DNA from: a virus
Taxonomy: Duplodnaviria > Caudoviricetes
Strand: one strand, 5' to 3'
Length of the DNA stretch: 54,675 bases
Virus record (IMG/VR): IMGVR_UViG_3300023199_000165
Coordinates: 1 to 54,675 of that record
In this document: positions 17,830 to 28,642 of the stretch, piece by piece
Layout: each line of letters begins with the position of its first letter
How positions within the stretch are numbered: the stretch's first letter is position 1
Made by a program: the position numbers and the translations under genes
The notes under the pieces: generated by a model
Told to the model about the DNA's origin: nothing
Seen by the model: only the letters and a program-made list of their open reading frames with translations
Database searches by the model: none

Positions 17830-19113
17830 TTATTTAATTAGAGCTTTAAGTCTATTCGTTCTTGCCTCTTTACCGCCAGACTGTTTTCCAAGCATAAGAT
17901 TTAAAGAAGTGATTTTTCTCTTATCCGTCACCAAGGTTTGTTTTGATGGATCAAATTTCATTTTATTTATAATCTCATAATTTCCGTCTTCTTTGTTTTG
18001 AACCCATATTAAATCCGAAGGAGCTTGTTTTTGAGGTGCTTCCAAAGTCTCTTCTTCAAGAATCTTTTCATAAACTTCTGGAGCTATTGTTTCTTCTGAA
18101 ACTTGTTTTTTAGCCGGTTTTTCTGAAACAATATCTTCCTCTGATACTGAGATTTCCTCTGGCTCTTCAGAAATAATATCCTCTTCTGAAACTGGCTCAA
18201 CCTTTTCTGGGGCAACTGGAGTTTTAAATTTCCCTTCTGGTGTCTCAAGAGTGTCCTTTTCCTGTGGCTCCTCTTTCTTTTCTTCGCCAATATTTCTAAG
18301 ATAAACAAATCTATCATCGTTTTCGTCCAATATCTCCCAGGCACTTCCTGCTCCCATATGAGTCTTTACCAAAACTGGCAGCTTCCCACCCTTGTTGGTT
18401 GGCATTAGTATTTTATTCCCATCTCTATTTAAAATTCTAAAATGACTTTTCCATTTACTAATTAACTCTTTACTAATTCTTATATCTCCATTTGGATTTT
18501 CTTGAAAAGTATTTGGATTTCTTTTATTAAGCTCTTCCCACTCCTGATCCAATTCAGATTTAAAAAGCTCATCATCAGTTATTTTATCTTTTTTTTCAAG
18601 TTCTGGAACTTTTCCAATCTCTGTTTCATTGGCATCTTCTGGAAGATCTTCGCCTTTTTCTTTTTTATCTTTTAAATCTAAAACATATGCCATTAACTTC
18701 CCATAAGCTGTTCTAAAGTTGCTCATTTGGTTTTCAGATAAAACATTATTTGACTCTGTTCTATTCCACCAACTAACCAGTTGATACTGACTCAAATCTT
18801 TTTGAGCTTGTTTATTTTCTTTTATTTTCTTATCTAATTCTTTATCAGCAAGCTCTTGTAGTTTTTTCGCCTCTTTATGAAGCTCACGAAACTCTTTGAA
18901 GAATAGTTTTTTAACATTTCCACTCAATTTGTTCCAAACCCAAGACCATAAGCCAGCCTGCTTAACAAAGTCATTAGAGTACTTTGAAGATTCGGATATA
19001 AACTGATCAATCAAATTAGCATCTTCGTGAATTCCTATTCCATCAAGAATATCTGCCATTGTTGTGGCCTCTATTATTGTTGGAACCCTAGGAATTTTAT
19101 TTTTGCTCATCAT
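17830..19113 (-). CDS. Hypothetical protein with N-terminal helical tag and acidic C-terminal half
   Basis: MADILDGIGIHEDANLIDQFI...VKQA-GLW. Confidence 0.7.
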   Translation of the reverse strand: MMSKNKIPRVPTIIEATTMADILDGIGIHEDANLIDQFISESSKYSNDFVKQAGLWSWVWNKLSGNVKKLFFKEFRELHKEAKKLQELADKELDKKIKENKQAQKDLSQYQLVSWWNRTESNNVLSENQMSNFRTAYGKLMAYVLDLKDKKEKGEDLPEDANETEIGKVPELEKKDKITDDELFKSELDQEWEELNKRNPNTFQENPNGDIRISKELISKWKSHFRILNRDGNKILMPTNKGGKLPVLVKTHMGAGSAWEILDENDDRFVYLRNIGEEKKEEPQEKDTLETPEGKFKTPVAPEKVEPVSEEDIISEEPEEISVSEEDIVSEKPAKKQVSEETIAPEVYEKILEEETLEAPQKQAPSDLIWVQNKEDGNYEIINKMKFDPSKQTLVTDKRKITSLNLMLGKQSGGKEARTNRLKALIK

Positions 19114-19372
19114 TTCCTCCAGAAGTCTTTCTTTTTTCTGCCATTTTAATATTTAATTCTATCTCCCTTGCCTCTTTCTCAGCAATTGTAAACAATGCTG
19201 ATAGCTGCCTTACTCTCTCTTTTGCTAATCTCTCCTGCTTTTTCCATTCAGAAATTGCTATAGATATTTTTTGTCTTAATTTAAATGCCTGAGAAAATTT
19301 GCCCTTTTTAACAAGAGTTTTCATTTTATTATGCCATAATTGACAGTTTTTTTGAAATTTATGGTTGTTCAT
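19097..19372 (-). CDS. Hypothetical basic coiled-coil protein
   Basis: 91-aa ORF overlapping both neighbours. Confidence 0.6.
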   Translation of the reverse strand: MNNHKFQKNCQLWHNKMKTLVKKGKFSQAFKLRQKISIAISEWKKQERLAKERVRQLSALFTIAEKEAREIELNIKMAEKRKTSGGNDEQK

Positions 19373-19896
19373 TTATCTTTGCCTTCAGCATTAAGATATT
19401 TATGTATTTTTTGAATATGAGCTTTAAAATCATCTACAGGTAAATTAGACTTCATTTTATTGCATACTTTACAACATGGGACACAATTAGACATGATATA
19501 TCCTATATTAGGATTAACTTTATCTATACCTACTGTAATTATTTCCTCTCCACAATATGAGCACGGGCGTTGCCAAAATTTTGAAAATTCTTTAAATGAT
19601 AATCTGAACTCTACACCATACCTTTTTGCATCGGATTTATAAGCCCTATAACAGCCCCTTTTTGATTTATCATATATGTTTTGATATTTATGCTCACATT
19701 TTTTACAAGTATAAGATAATCCATCAACATTAGTTCTATTTTTACGAAAAAATTGCTCATGCTCCCATTTTTCACATTTATTACACCATTTTTTATTTGC
19801 GATCCTTAAAAATACATATTCTTCAACACTAACACTTAATTTTGTTGCAGCTCTTTTAATATCTTGTTTTCTCATTATCTTATAAACATCTGTCAT
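19369..19896 (-). CDS. HNH-type homing endonuclease with Zn fingers
   Basis: WCNKC..GLSYTCKKC; PCSYCG..GIDKVNPNIGYIMSNCVPCCKVCNKMK. Confidence 0.8.
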   Translation of the reverse strand: MTDVYKIMRKQDIKRAATKLSVSVEEYVFLRIANKKWCNKCEKWEHEQFFRKNRTNVDGLSYTCKKCEHKYQNIYDKSKRGCYRAYKSDAKRYGVEFRLSFKEFSKFWQRPCSYCGEEIITVGIDKVNPNIGYIMSNCVPCCKVCNKMKSNLPVDDFKAHIQKIHKYLNAEGKDK

Positions 19897-19897
19897 C

Positions 19898-22800
19898 TTA
19901 TGGGCCTCCCGTTGGAGAGCCGGGCCCTAGCGGAGGAATATTTGAGCCGCCCTCTGGCGCACCGGCGCCTCCAAGACCACCACCACCTAACTCTCCAGAT
20001 GGAGGTGGAGCTAATTCAGGAAGGCCGCCGCCACCCATTCCTCCAAGGTCACCACCAGGTAATCCAAGACCCATATCGCCGCCAGGCATTCCGCCCATAT
20101 CAGCTCCTTGACCCTGACCGCCAGGTTTTAGCTCTCTTTTAACATCATCAACTGGTTCAGCAATTTCTTTCTCCGGATTAAGTGTTCTAAGCTCAGATAG
20201 AGACATTGTCATTAATGCTTGCTCCTCTCTCTGTCTAATAACATCGTTAATTAACTCCTGTCTCTGCTTAATTCTTTCTTCCTCATAATTTAATCCAAGG
20301 CTCTTATATAGAGTTTGTAATGAAGCCTGCTTTTGAGAAACAAGCCCAGTGATATTTCCAATATAATCCTGTAAATCATAAAGATTCATTTTATTCCACT
20401 CGACTTCAGGAATTATAAGTTTTTTTCTGCCATCATCATAAGTAAAAAAGTTGTTTAATTCACTAATTGGAGCAAAAATTTTATTTTGAAGCCAATTAGC
20501 AACCATATTTCTAAAATTAAAGTATCTTTGCCTTAGCACTTCTAAACCAATTGATGCTGAAGAATAAACAGCACTTTCTGTATCAACAACTGCTGGAGGA
20601 ACCATTAAGCCAGTATAAATATTTTTAATAATTAATTCCATATCAGAGCCAATATCTAGTACCGCTCCTTGGGCACCAACTCTTGAAATATCAACTCCAG
20701 CGTGAGTAATAAGCTTAAAATCTTTATCATATTGAGCTTCTTCAAGCATTTGTTTAAAATCTTCTAGATCTTCTTGTGTCGCTCTATATTCCCCATCAGT
20801 GTTTCCACCAAGCTTAACAACTGTAATCGGATTAACCAAACCATCAGCTTGAGCAAATTTTGCCTCTCTTAGTTTATCATAAAGCATTAAATCTTTAAAA
20901 GTGCTGACAATAACACTTGTTCCTCTTACATCATAAGGACTTGAAAGCATTTTTAGATGAGAAACATTAAAATTGTCCAACGGAATATCTTGACCAGCTC
21001 TTACGTGATATAATATCTGTTCAGGAATTTGTTTTCTTAATTGAACATCCGCTGGATTGTTGCTCATTACAAGCCTCTGTAAAACAGCATCGGGTCTTAA
21101 TGAAATCATTGGCTGTCCAGCAAGGACAGTTTTCTTTACGTGTATGTAATCGGGGTTCTGAATAATAATTTTGCTCCATTTCCCAGATTCTTCATCTAAT
21201 TCAGCATAAGGAAAACAATTATGAACAGCAATTCCTTCTACACAATAGGAATGATTATCATCTACTTCAAAATTATAAAGAGGCTCGCCAATTGGTAAAG
21301 ATTTTCTCTCAATTTTTTTAATAGGGGCTATAATATGACCGTCTTTTGAAAACTTCACCCTTGGAACATTATTGGGCTTTAATGGTCTTTTTTCTTTTTC
21401 TTCATTTAATTTATCTTGTTTTGTTTTATATAAATTAAACTTGTTAGCATAAAACAAAGGAACTTCTATAAAATATATATCATTTTTTCTATTTTTAGAA
21501 TGCTTGTTTATTGAACAAGTTATATAATTTCTCGCCAAAATATCTTTAATTTGAAAAGCCAATGTTCTTGATATAGTCGCCATACATATTCTTCCACTAT
21601 GTATCCACCCATCTCCATCAATAAAACCATTAACTATTTCCATTTGTTTATCTGCCGGCAAATTCATTATTTCACTTGAAAGCATTTTCTTATCACTGTA
21701 TTGTCCAGCAAATTTTTTTATTTTTTTAGCAAATAAAGAAGTGGCGTCTCTTTTAGATAAATTAGATCTTAAATAACCATTGTTTCCATTAAGTGATAAT
21801 CGCAAATTACAGTTTTTAAATATTGGTTTATAGTAATTCCATAAATTTTCATCTGTATTTGAAATAACAACACATTTTGGAACTGAAGTTTTGTTATAAT
21901 AAGAATTATAATCAAGACTGCCCTCCGCAGAATAAATTCCTATTAATCTACATAGGTCTTTTGAAATTGATGAAATATCTTCCTCTTCCCTATTAACCGG
22001 GATTATACAAAAATCATTAATAGATAATTCGCCAGACTTTATCCAGTCCCATTCCCATTTATCTTCATTTTCAAAAGTTGGGCGAGAATTAATAATTTTA
22101 CTTCTTTTTTCGTTTCTGTTAATATTGCCTACCTTCGAAGCATAAATTGGATGATTTGATGATAATTCAATAGGTTCATTTTGCCCTTGAATTGTTATTG
22201 ATAAATATTCCTTGTGCTTCCAATTAATTTTTCTCTCTAATACTTCTTTATATTCTCCCGTGTGAGTTAATACTAAATCTCCTACCTCAACCTCATCAGC
22301 CCTTTTAAACCCTTTGCTCAAAATTGTTAAATGATTACAGGACCTTACGCATTCGCCCATTTTCCAAAATTCTAGTGCTATTCCGCTAAGTGACTCAAAC
22401 AGATTCATTTCTTCAATCATATCCTCAAAAAAGTGTAAAACCTTTTTATCAGGGCACTTAATATTCAACTTACTAATTGGATATGTTGCGTGAAGAGTAA
22501 TGGCGTTTCTAACAATCGGATGTAAATCAAAAAAGTTGCGTAGCCAAGCATTTACTGTAATTCTATCTCTTGGCAAATTAAGATTTGCCATAGTAAATAG
22601 AGGAGAATAAATTTCTGGTGCTAGCCTATCTACACCACTAAAAGATGTAGAGCCACCGCCTCCACCTCCGCCAATAGAAGCGGCATTTTTTTGAAATGAA
22701 TCTTCAACAGCTGATTTTCTCATAAAAGATTCACTATGAGCAACAACAGGAGATAATCTACTGTTGCTATTAATTACCCTTTGATTATGTGATTGGTTCC

Positions 22801-23023
22801 ATTCCGACCTATTTAAATCTTTATTATGGTTTGTTGGCATAACAGTATGAGTTTTGTTTAAACTACTATTATCATAGTTTATACCCTCTTTTACCACTCC
22901 CCTATTAACTTGCTCAGCAAGTATTTCTTTCCTATAATTTGAAAGTTTTGATGCTATTTTAGGAGTAATTCTAATTGTTTTAGAATCTCCTTTTTGTCCA
23001 GCTCTTGATGTTCTTCGTGTCAT
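19898..23023 (-). CDS. Portal protein interrupted by an intein
   Basis: Next to terminase. FFDLHPIVRNAITLHATYP..EFWKMGE|intein|CFPY..IIIQNPDY..HLKMLSSPYDVRGTS; Gly/Pro-rich tail. Confidence 0.85.
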   Translation of the reverse strand: MTRRTSRAGQKGDSKTIRITPKIASKLSNYRKEILAEQVNRGVVKEGINYDNSSLNKTHTVMPTNHNKDLNRSEWNQSHNQRVINSNSRLSPVVAHSESFMRKSAVEDSFQKNAASIGGGGGGGSTSFSGVDRLAPEIYSPLFTMANLNLPRDRITVNAWLRNFFDLHPIVRNAITLHATYPISKLNIKCPDKKVLHFFEDMIEEMNLFESLSGIALEFWKMGECVRSCNHLTILSKGFKRADEVEVGDLVLTHTGEYKEVLERKINWKHKEYLSITIQGQNEPIELSSNHPIYASKVGNINRNEKRSKIINSRPTFENEDKWEWDWIKSGELSINDFCIIPVNREEEDISSISKDLCRLIGIYSAEGSLDYNSYYNKTSVPKCVVISNTDENLWNYYKPIFKNCNLRLSLNGNNGYLRSNLSKRDATSLFAKKIKKFAGQYSDKKMLSSEIMNLPADKQMEIVNGFIDGDGWIHSGRICMATISRTLAFQIKDILARNYITCSINKHSKNRKNDIYFIEVPLFYANKFNLYKTKQDKLNEEKEKRPLKPNNVPRVKFSKDGHIIAPIKKIERKSLPIGEPLYNFEVDDNHSYCVEGIAVHNCFPYAELDEESGKWSKIIIQNPDYIHVKKTVLAGQPMISLRPDAVLQRLVMSNNPADVQLRKQIPEQILYHVRAGQDIPLDNFNVSHLKMLSSPYDVRGTSVIVSTFKDLMLYDKLREAKFAQADGLVNPITVVKLGGNTDGEYRATQEDLEDFKQMLEEAQYDKDFKLITHAGVDISRVGAQGAVLDIGSDMELIIKNIYTGLMVPPAVVDTESAVYSSASIGLEVLRQRYFNFRNMVANWLQNKIFAPISELNNFFTYDDGRKKLIIPEVEWNKMNLYDLQDYIGNITGLVSQKQASLQTLYKSLGLNYEEERIKQRQELINDVIRQREEQALMTMSLSELRTLNPEKEIAEPVDDVKRELKPGGQGQGADMGGMPGGDMGLGLPGGDLGGMGGGGLPELAPPPSGELGGGGLGGAGAPEGGSNIPPLGPGSPTGGP
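21218..22351 (-). mobile_element. 378-aa intein with LAGLIDADG homing endonuclease, in the portal
   Basis: Starts at Cys (GE|CVRS), ends YNFEVDDNHSYCVEGIAVHN|C. Endonuclease motifs LIGIYSAEGS and IVNGFIDGDG. Confidence 0.92.
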
Positions 23024-23034
23024 TAATACCTCTT

Positions 23035-24873
23035 CTATCTTATTTTGGGTGCGTAGGCTAATATAGGCCGTGCCCTCATACTTTTATTAATATCTGGATT
23101 TACTTTAAACCCGTGAGTTTTATCGAATTTATAAGCCAAATAGGCATAAATTAAAGCCATTAATCCATCGTTGGGTCCGCTACCTTTAATATAACTTTGG
23201 TGAGGCTGCCCGTTACGCATTTTTATTTTACTTTCCATAGAACAACAGTGGTTAATTAACCAAGCAACTCTCTCATAACTGCCCCAAGGAAATCTAATAT
23301 GACCTTTTCTCAATAGGTCAAAAACTTCACCAATTATTTTATCTTTATCTACAACTATTTCCAATTCGTCTTTATTATATTTAACTCCGCCAGCAACCAT
23401 TCCAGAGTTTCTGGCAGTTTTATATTTATCACCATATATTTTTTTCAACTCTAAAGAAATGTCTTCGGCAAAACCAATATCGCCAACTGCTGATTTTATT
23501 CCATATGCTCTAAATCTATTATCAATAAATGCTTTTTTAGAATCAATATCAAGTTTTTTAAGTTTTTCAGCAAACTCTATATTGAACCTACCATCGTGTT
23601 CCACAGATAAAACAACTCCGCAAGAATAAGATTGCCCCTTTTTAGCTCCATCTATGTCGGGTTTGCCACCCCAGTCCATTCCAAGATATGTAGTTTTACC
23701 TTCAAGCCTTTTTAAAACTAGTCGGTCAGGATCTCTACACATATTGTAAATTACATCAAAAGTAATAGGGGTGCTCTCGCCAGAGTGAAATTCCCCTAAA
23801 ACTTCGTTTTGCCAAGCAACTTCTGTTTTAGTTGGATTGTTTTCTGGCTTTTGTTTCATAATTACTTCTTTTGAAAAAAAAGGAATAATTAATTGGTTAA
23901 AGTGAAACCCAACAAAACTTGAATCTTCTTTTCCAGGGGAGACAATCCACTTGCCTCTTTCAATTGCCTCTACCTTATCCTGTTCCTCTCCACAATCTGG
24001 ACATTTAACTATGTTTTCATATAACCAAATTTCTTTTTCCCAAGCATCTGATTCTGGAGTGTAAAGTAAAAAGTAATTATTACAATTATAACAGCCAAGA
24101 TAATATCTTCTCTGATCTGAACTCTCCCACATTTCGTGAAAAAATGAACCTTTTTGCTTTGGTGTTCCAAAATATACCTGAACTCCTTGACGAATCGGTC
24201 CGTGCTTTGCCATCGCTAAACATTCAGTAACAACCGGAATGGCTCCTTTTACCATATCCTGAACCTCATCGCCAAAGAATACATCAAAAGTTCTACCACG
24301 AACTCTTGTTCCATCAATACCTACAGACTCACACCATAAAACATTTCCTTGCTTAAACTGCTTATATTGTAGTGAATCAGAGGCATCTCTTCCACCTTCT
24401 TTTCGAGCATTAATATATGGCTTTTCTTTGCCTGGTTGCCTTTTATCTTCAAAATCAGGATACATTATTGAAGAATTTATCATTGTTTCCAACTTATCTT
24501 TTGAAAAAGAATGCATAAGTTCAAGTTGCGGAAACGCGTGCATAACTCTAACTGGAGAAGTCCCATTTTTTCCATAAAGTCCGCTTGCTACCAAATATAG
24601 CTCAATAACAGATGCCATAGTTGTCGCTCCAACCTGACGCCCTTTTACAATAACAACAGGTTTCCCAGTTTGAGACATTGCGTCTGTAACAATATGTCTA
24701 TAAATATCGGCAATAAACTTCCAGCCGTTGCCAGTAAGCTTCATTGGCTTTCCATCAAGAGTTAGATATGTTTCAGCAAATGATACGGGATCGACTTTCA
24801 TCAACTCTTTTTTCAAAGAGTCGAAGCTGTTTTCTAACGACCACATATCACCTTTATTTATCATCTTAATCAT
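23035..24873 (-). CDS. Terminase large subunit (lambda gpA-like)
   Basis: KGRQVGATT Walker A, FFGDEVQD Walker B, GTP coupling motif, two CxxC, YLGMDWG nuclease motif, GPNDGLMA. Confidence 0.9.
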   Translation of the reverse strand: MIKMINKGDMWSLENSFDSLKKELMKVDPVSFAETYLTLDGKPMKLTGNGWKFIADIYRHIVTDAMSQTGKPVVIVKGRQVGATTMASVIELYLVASGLYGKNGTSPVRVMHAFPQLELMHSFSKDKLETMINSSIMYPDFEDKRQPGKEKPYINARKEGGRDASDSLQYKQFKQGNVLWCESVGIDGTRVRGRTFDVFFGDEVQDMVKGAIPVVTECLAMAKHGPIRQGVQVYFGTPKQKGSFFHEMWESSDQRRYYLGCYNCNNYFLLYTPESDAWEKEIWLYENIVKCPDCGEEQDKVEAIERGKWIVSPGKEDSSFVGFHFNQLIIPFFSKEVIMKQKPENNPTKTEVAWQNEVLGEFHSGESTPITFDVIYNMCRDPDRLVLKRLEGKTTYLGMDWGGKPDIDGAKKGQSYSCGVVLSVEHDGRFNIEFAEKLKKLDIDSKKAFIDNRFRAYGIKSAVGDIGFAEDISLELKKIYGDKYKTARNSGMVAGGVKYNKDELEIVVDKDKIIGEVFDLLRKGHIRFPWGSYERVAWLINHCCSMESKIKMRNGQPHQSYIKGSGPNDGLMALIYAYLAYKFDKTHGFKVNPDINKSMRARPILAYAPKIR

Positions 24874-24875
24874 TT

Positions 24876-25943
24876 TTATAGTTTCGTTGGTTTCGCAAAC
24901 ATTTCATTATTTCCATCTTCCTCTCCACCATCAGTAATAACTAAAACAGTGTGAGTTAAACCAGCAACATCATCTCCTTCATCTGGAAGATCAACCTTTT
25001 CCTCTTTAATCTTTTTCTCTATATACTTTTCAATATCTGGATATTGATCCGCAACCCTCTCTTTTCTCTCTTTGTCAATCATCTGCATAATTGCTGGAAT
25101 GGCAATGTGCCCTCCGCGAGATTTACATAGATTATCTATAAAGTTCTTTAACCCCTCGTTTTTTTTTAAAATTTCAGGAACATCGTCTTTGGCATCATTT
25201 AAACACTCATGACAGTCTGCTAATTTTTTAATTTTTGAGTCGATCAGGCGGGCTAGCTTATGATTACCCTGTTCTTCAAGTTTATTTGCTAAACTAATAA
25301 GCTGTAAAATTTGACTTGCTGCCTCTTTTTCATTATAAAACATAGTTATTGGGGCGGGCTCACCAGTATAGTTTGCCCCCATTTCATTTAATAAATCACC
25401 TTCAAGATCTTTAAATAGAGCAGAAAGTTTGTTTGCTTTCCCCCTGTGCTTTTCATAATTATAGTTAGAACCCCAATAATTTGAAGATCTCTCTTCTGCT
25501 ACAGAAAGTAAATAATCTTTAACAATGTCTGTTCCATACTTGTATGGCCAATTTTCTTCTACCCAATTATCAATATCAGGAAAAGTATCGTATTTGAGAT
25601 TCCAACTTCTTAAAGTTTCTCCAAAACCAAATACTTTTCTTTTTGTTTCTTCTAAATCAGTGTTTTCCAGAAGTCTTTTCTTTCCCTCTTCATCTTTATA
25701 CTCATTATCAGAGGCTGTTTTTATATTTTGTTCTTCTTCACCCTCAACCAAATTAAGACCAACTCTATTTCGCAATTCAGAAACTTTATCCTCAACAGCG
25801 TTGAGATTTTGTTTCATCTGAAAAAGATTTTTAATATCATCTAAAGGATTTGCGTCTTTTCTTAATTCTTTTTCAGCAAAATCTTTAAGCCAATCAGGCA
25901 TAGGCTTTGCTCTTTCATAGTCATAATATTTATTATTAGTCAT
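24876..25943 (-). CDS. Hypothetical head-associated protein with helical tag
   Basis: LISLANKLEEQGNHKLARLIDSKIKKLA; also KTA and KEA motifs. Confidence 0.7.
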   Translation of the reverse strand: MTNNKYYDYERAKPMPDWLKDFAEKELRKDANPLDDIKNLFQMKQNLNAVEDKVSELRNRVGLNLVEGEEEQNIKTASDNEYKDEEGKKRLLENTDLEETKRKVFGFGETLRSWNLKYDTFPDIDNWVEENWPYKYGTDIVKDYLLSVAEERSSNYWGSNYNYEKHRGKANKLSALFKDLEGDLLNEMGANYTGEPAPITMFYNEKEAASQILQLISLANKLEEQGNHKLARLIDSKIKKLADCHECLNDAKDDVPEILKKNEGLKNFIDNLCKSRGGHIAIPAIMQMIDKERKERVADQYPDIEKYIEKKIKEEKVDLPDEGDDVAGLTHTVLVITDGGEEDGNNEMFAKPTKL

Positions 25944-27078
25944 TAAATTTCTCCAAATATATTTTAAAATCTTTTTCCCAAATTGAAACTATTTTATATC
26001 CAGCAGATTTTAAAATAAACTCTCTTATCATAGTGTTTTTTAATAAATCTCTATAAGATTTTTTATTAACTTTATTTATATCATCTAAATTATATATTTT
26101 AGGATTTCCATGCCAAAAGTCTCCATAAAATTCATATATAGTATTTGTTTTTGGGCAAAATCCATCAACAAAATATCTTTTACTATCAATAACTATAGAA
26201 ATTTCTCTGTTTTGTTGTAAAATATTTAGACTATCAAGCCATTTTTGTGATATTTTTGAAACTTTAATAGAACACGAGGGACAATGAAATCTTTTCCTAT
26301 CAACTACTCTTGCTTTCCAAGATTTATGATTTTTATTACTACATTTCCACCATACTTTTTTATGACTTCCAAAAACAACATCTTCTGGAGTTAAAGTTTT
26401 ATTTCTAGTCGGATGCCATTCTTTCGCTATCTCTGGATATACATTTTTTAAACAATTGTCTTTACATACTTTTTTATTTGAACAATATGGGCACCCTCTA
26501 CCCTTTACTCTGTCTTTTACAGATGCTTTCCAACTATGTTTATTATCACATACCCACCAAAACATTTTTCCAGTTCCCGACAAAACTTCTTTGGGAGAAA
26601 TAATATTTTTTATATAATCCCATTCTCTAGCAATTTCAGGATACAGTGATGATAAATTATTATCGTCGTACACTTTTTTATTTGAACAATATGGGCATTT
26701 ACTATTACCTAATACCCTGTTATTTATTACCGCTTTCCAACTATGTTTTTTATCACATATCCACCAAATTTTTTTACTACTGCCATATGATATCTCATCA
26801 GGTTTACTACAGTTTTTATTAAAATCCCATTCTTTTATTATATTTGGATGAGTAATTAACAAAGAATTTTCTTTTAAAACTTTTTTACCATTACAATACG
26901 GGCATCCATTTCCAGCCACTCTACTAGAAATGTCCGCTTTCCAGCAGTGATTAGTATTTCTTTTACATATCCACCAAGCTTTTTTATGACTTCCATGAGT
27001 AATACTATCTATATCCAAAATATTTTTATCAAAATCCCACTCATTTTCTAAATGAGGACTATGTTTTAGTAATAGCAT
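25936..27078 (-). CDS. Zinc-ribbon repeat (DUF4379-like) protein with C-terminal Vsr/PD-(D/E)xK-like endonuclease
   Basis: Four repeats of EWD..KN..GS.KK.WW.C..H.WKA..R..G..CPYC; VDGFCPKTNTIYEFYGDFWHGNP. Confidence 0.85.
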   Translation of the reverse strand: MLLLKHSPHLENEWDFDKNILDIDSITHGSHKKAWWICKRNTNHCWKADISSRVAGNGCPYCNGKKVLKENSLLITHPNIIKEWDFNKNCSKPDEISYGSSKKIWWICDKKHSWKAVINNRVLGNSKCPYCSNKKVYDDNNLSSLYPEIAREWDYIKNIISPKEVLSGTGKMFWWVCDNKHSWKASVKDRVKGRGCPYCSNKKVCKDNCLKNVYPEIAKEWHPTRNKTLTPEDVVFGSHKKVWWKCSNKNHKSWKARVVDRKRFHCPSCSIKVSKISQKWLDSLNILQQNREISIVIDSKRYFVDGFCPKTNTIYEFYGDFWHGNPKIYNLDDINKVNKKSYRDLLKNTMIREFILKSAGYKIVSIWEKDFKIYLEKFND

Positions 27079-27086
27079 ATTTCTCC

Positions 27087-27884
27087 TTAACTAAAATAAG
27101 CTGAACTCCACTCGCCAAACCCACTTGTTCTAGAAGGATCCTCATTATCTCCCAAACGAAGCCTGTCACGAAAACAGGGATAGCCCATATCAGTCATGAT
27201 TTGAAATATTGATAATTCTTCTCTTGGTTTAATATCATATTTTGATTTTGCTTCTGAATAAAGTTCTTCCATATTTCTTCCGCCAGCAACAACGCCGTTT
27301 ATCAAAGCACCCACCACAGCTCTTTCAAATGGTGTTATTACTATCTGCATTCCATTAAAGTGAGGAGCGGTCGCTTCTTTAACCAGCTCAGGATCATCTC
27401 CCGCTCTGCGACGTTTTTTTCTTTCCTGCATCATTCTTTTAATTCCATCAAGAGCTAATTCAATTTGATCAACATATTGCTCAACAACGTGTCTTTTGCG
27501 ATCAATGTCTTCCGCATCCAAAACGCCTTCATAATCGCTTCTTAAAGCACGAGAAATGTCAGAACAAAGCTGCATATATTGCCCCTTTGCTCTTTCCATT
27601 TCTGCCCTGTTCCCTCTAATTTGAGAAGGTTTTTTAATTCTTCCAAGCTCTTTTTCAAGATGTTGTGGAAATAATTCAGACTTCCCACTTGAACGCCAGT
27701 CATCACTTTTATTTTCCATTTGTTCTGGTTTTTGTTCTTTTACAGGAAGTTGATTATTTTCTTCATTTGTTTTTACAGAATTATCATCTAATAACATTTC
27801 ATATAAATCTTCTTCTGCCACAGATATTATATGACTATTGTTATTTTCTTCGACAACCAGTAAATTATTTTTTTCCTTTGTCAT
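27087..27884 (-). CDS. Hypothetical protein in the head module
   Basis: 265-aa ORF with GGAGG SD; internal LVKEA-TAP. Confidence 0.7.
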   Translation of the reverse strand: MTKEKNNLLVVEENNNSHIISVAEEDLYEMLLDDNSVKTNEENNQLPVKEQKPEQMENKSDDWRSSGKSELFPQHLEKELGRIKKPSQIRGNRAEMERAKGQYMQLCSDISRALRSDYEGVLDAEDIDRKRHVVEQYVDQIELALDGIKRMMQERKKRRRAGDDPELVKEATAPHFNGMQIVITPFERAVVGALINGVVAGGRNMEELYSEAKSKYDIKPREELSIFQIMTDMGYPCFRDRLRLGDNEDPSRTSGFGEWSSAYFS

Positions 27885-28096
27885 TCGGATCCCTCCAAAT
27901 TTATTTTATCTATCTTTTTAATAATATTGTTCATTTCCTCTATTAAGGTCTTTTGTAACTTTATCAAGCTTTTTATACTATCTGATAAAGAATTTGATAA
28001 ATATTTTTGACTACAAGAGTAATTGACAGCATTATAAGAACCGTTTCTTTGCGCCTTATTGTTTTCTTCAGTCTTAACTAAAGCAGGTTTTACCAT
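27881..28096 (-). CDS. Small hypothetical protein
   Basis: 71 aa, GGAGG SD. Confidence 0.6.
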   Translation of the reverse strand: MVKPALVKTEENNKAQRNGSYNAVNYSCSQKYLSNSLSDSIKSLIKLQKTLIEEMNNIIKKIDKINLEGSE

Positions 28097-28121
28097 ATTT
28101 CCTCCGTTCCCAATTCGTTTA

Positions 28122-28628
28122 TTAGTTTGTATGAAGCTTATCTAACTTGGAAACTAAATCTAACATTCTTTCAGTCATTAATTTTTGGGAGTTTATTAAA
28201 TCTGTCATTTTTTCTACCGAAATTACTTGTCCAGATTTAACATCACCTATATTTGAAGCCAAATCTTCTTTAATAGTTTTTAACTGAATATACATATTAT
28301 CTAATTGATTATTTATTTGTCTTACTAAAGTTAATATTTCAGCAGGCACGTACCACTTAGGAACGTGGTTCTCATTAAATACAGAATGCATCTCTAATAA
28401 ATTATCTGTACTTTTCCTAATTGCTTTAATATTTTTACTTACATTATTAGCAAATTCAGTGCTTAAATTAATGCTCAGATCAGGAGACTTGTTTATTTCT
28501 ACCTCTTGCTCTGTTCTCTTATCTATGAAGTATTTTACCACTTTAACAAGGGTCCATACAACCCCTATAAAAAGGGCAGATAATGCGGGGCTTGCTAACA
28601 TAGAAATTGGTGTAGCGGCGTCAGCCAT
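28122..28628 (-). CDS. Membrane-anchored coiled-coil protein (holin-like architecture)
   Basis: One N-terminal hydrophobic segment (ALSALFIGVVWTLVKVV) followed by a coiled coil. Confidence 0.55.
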   Translation of the reverse strand: MADAATPISMLASPALSALFIGVVWTLVKVVKYFIDKRTEQEVEINKSPDLSINLSTEFANNVSKNIKAIRKSTDNLLEMHSVFNENHVPKWYVPAEILTLVRQINNQLDNMYIQLKTIKEDLASNIGDVKSGQVISVEKMTDLINSQKLMTERMLDLVSKLDKLHTN

Positions 28629-28642
28629 AATATCTCCTAAAT

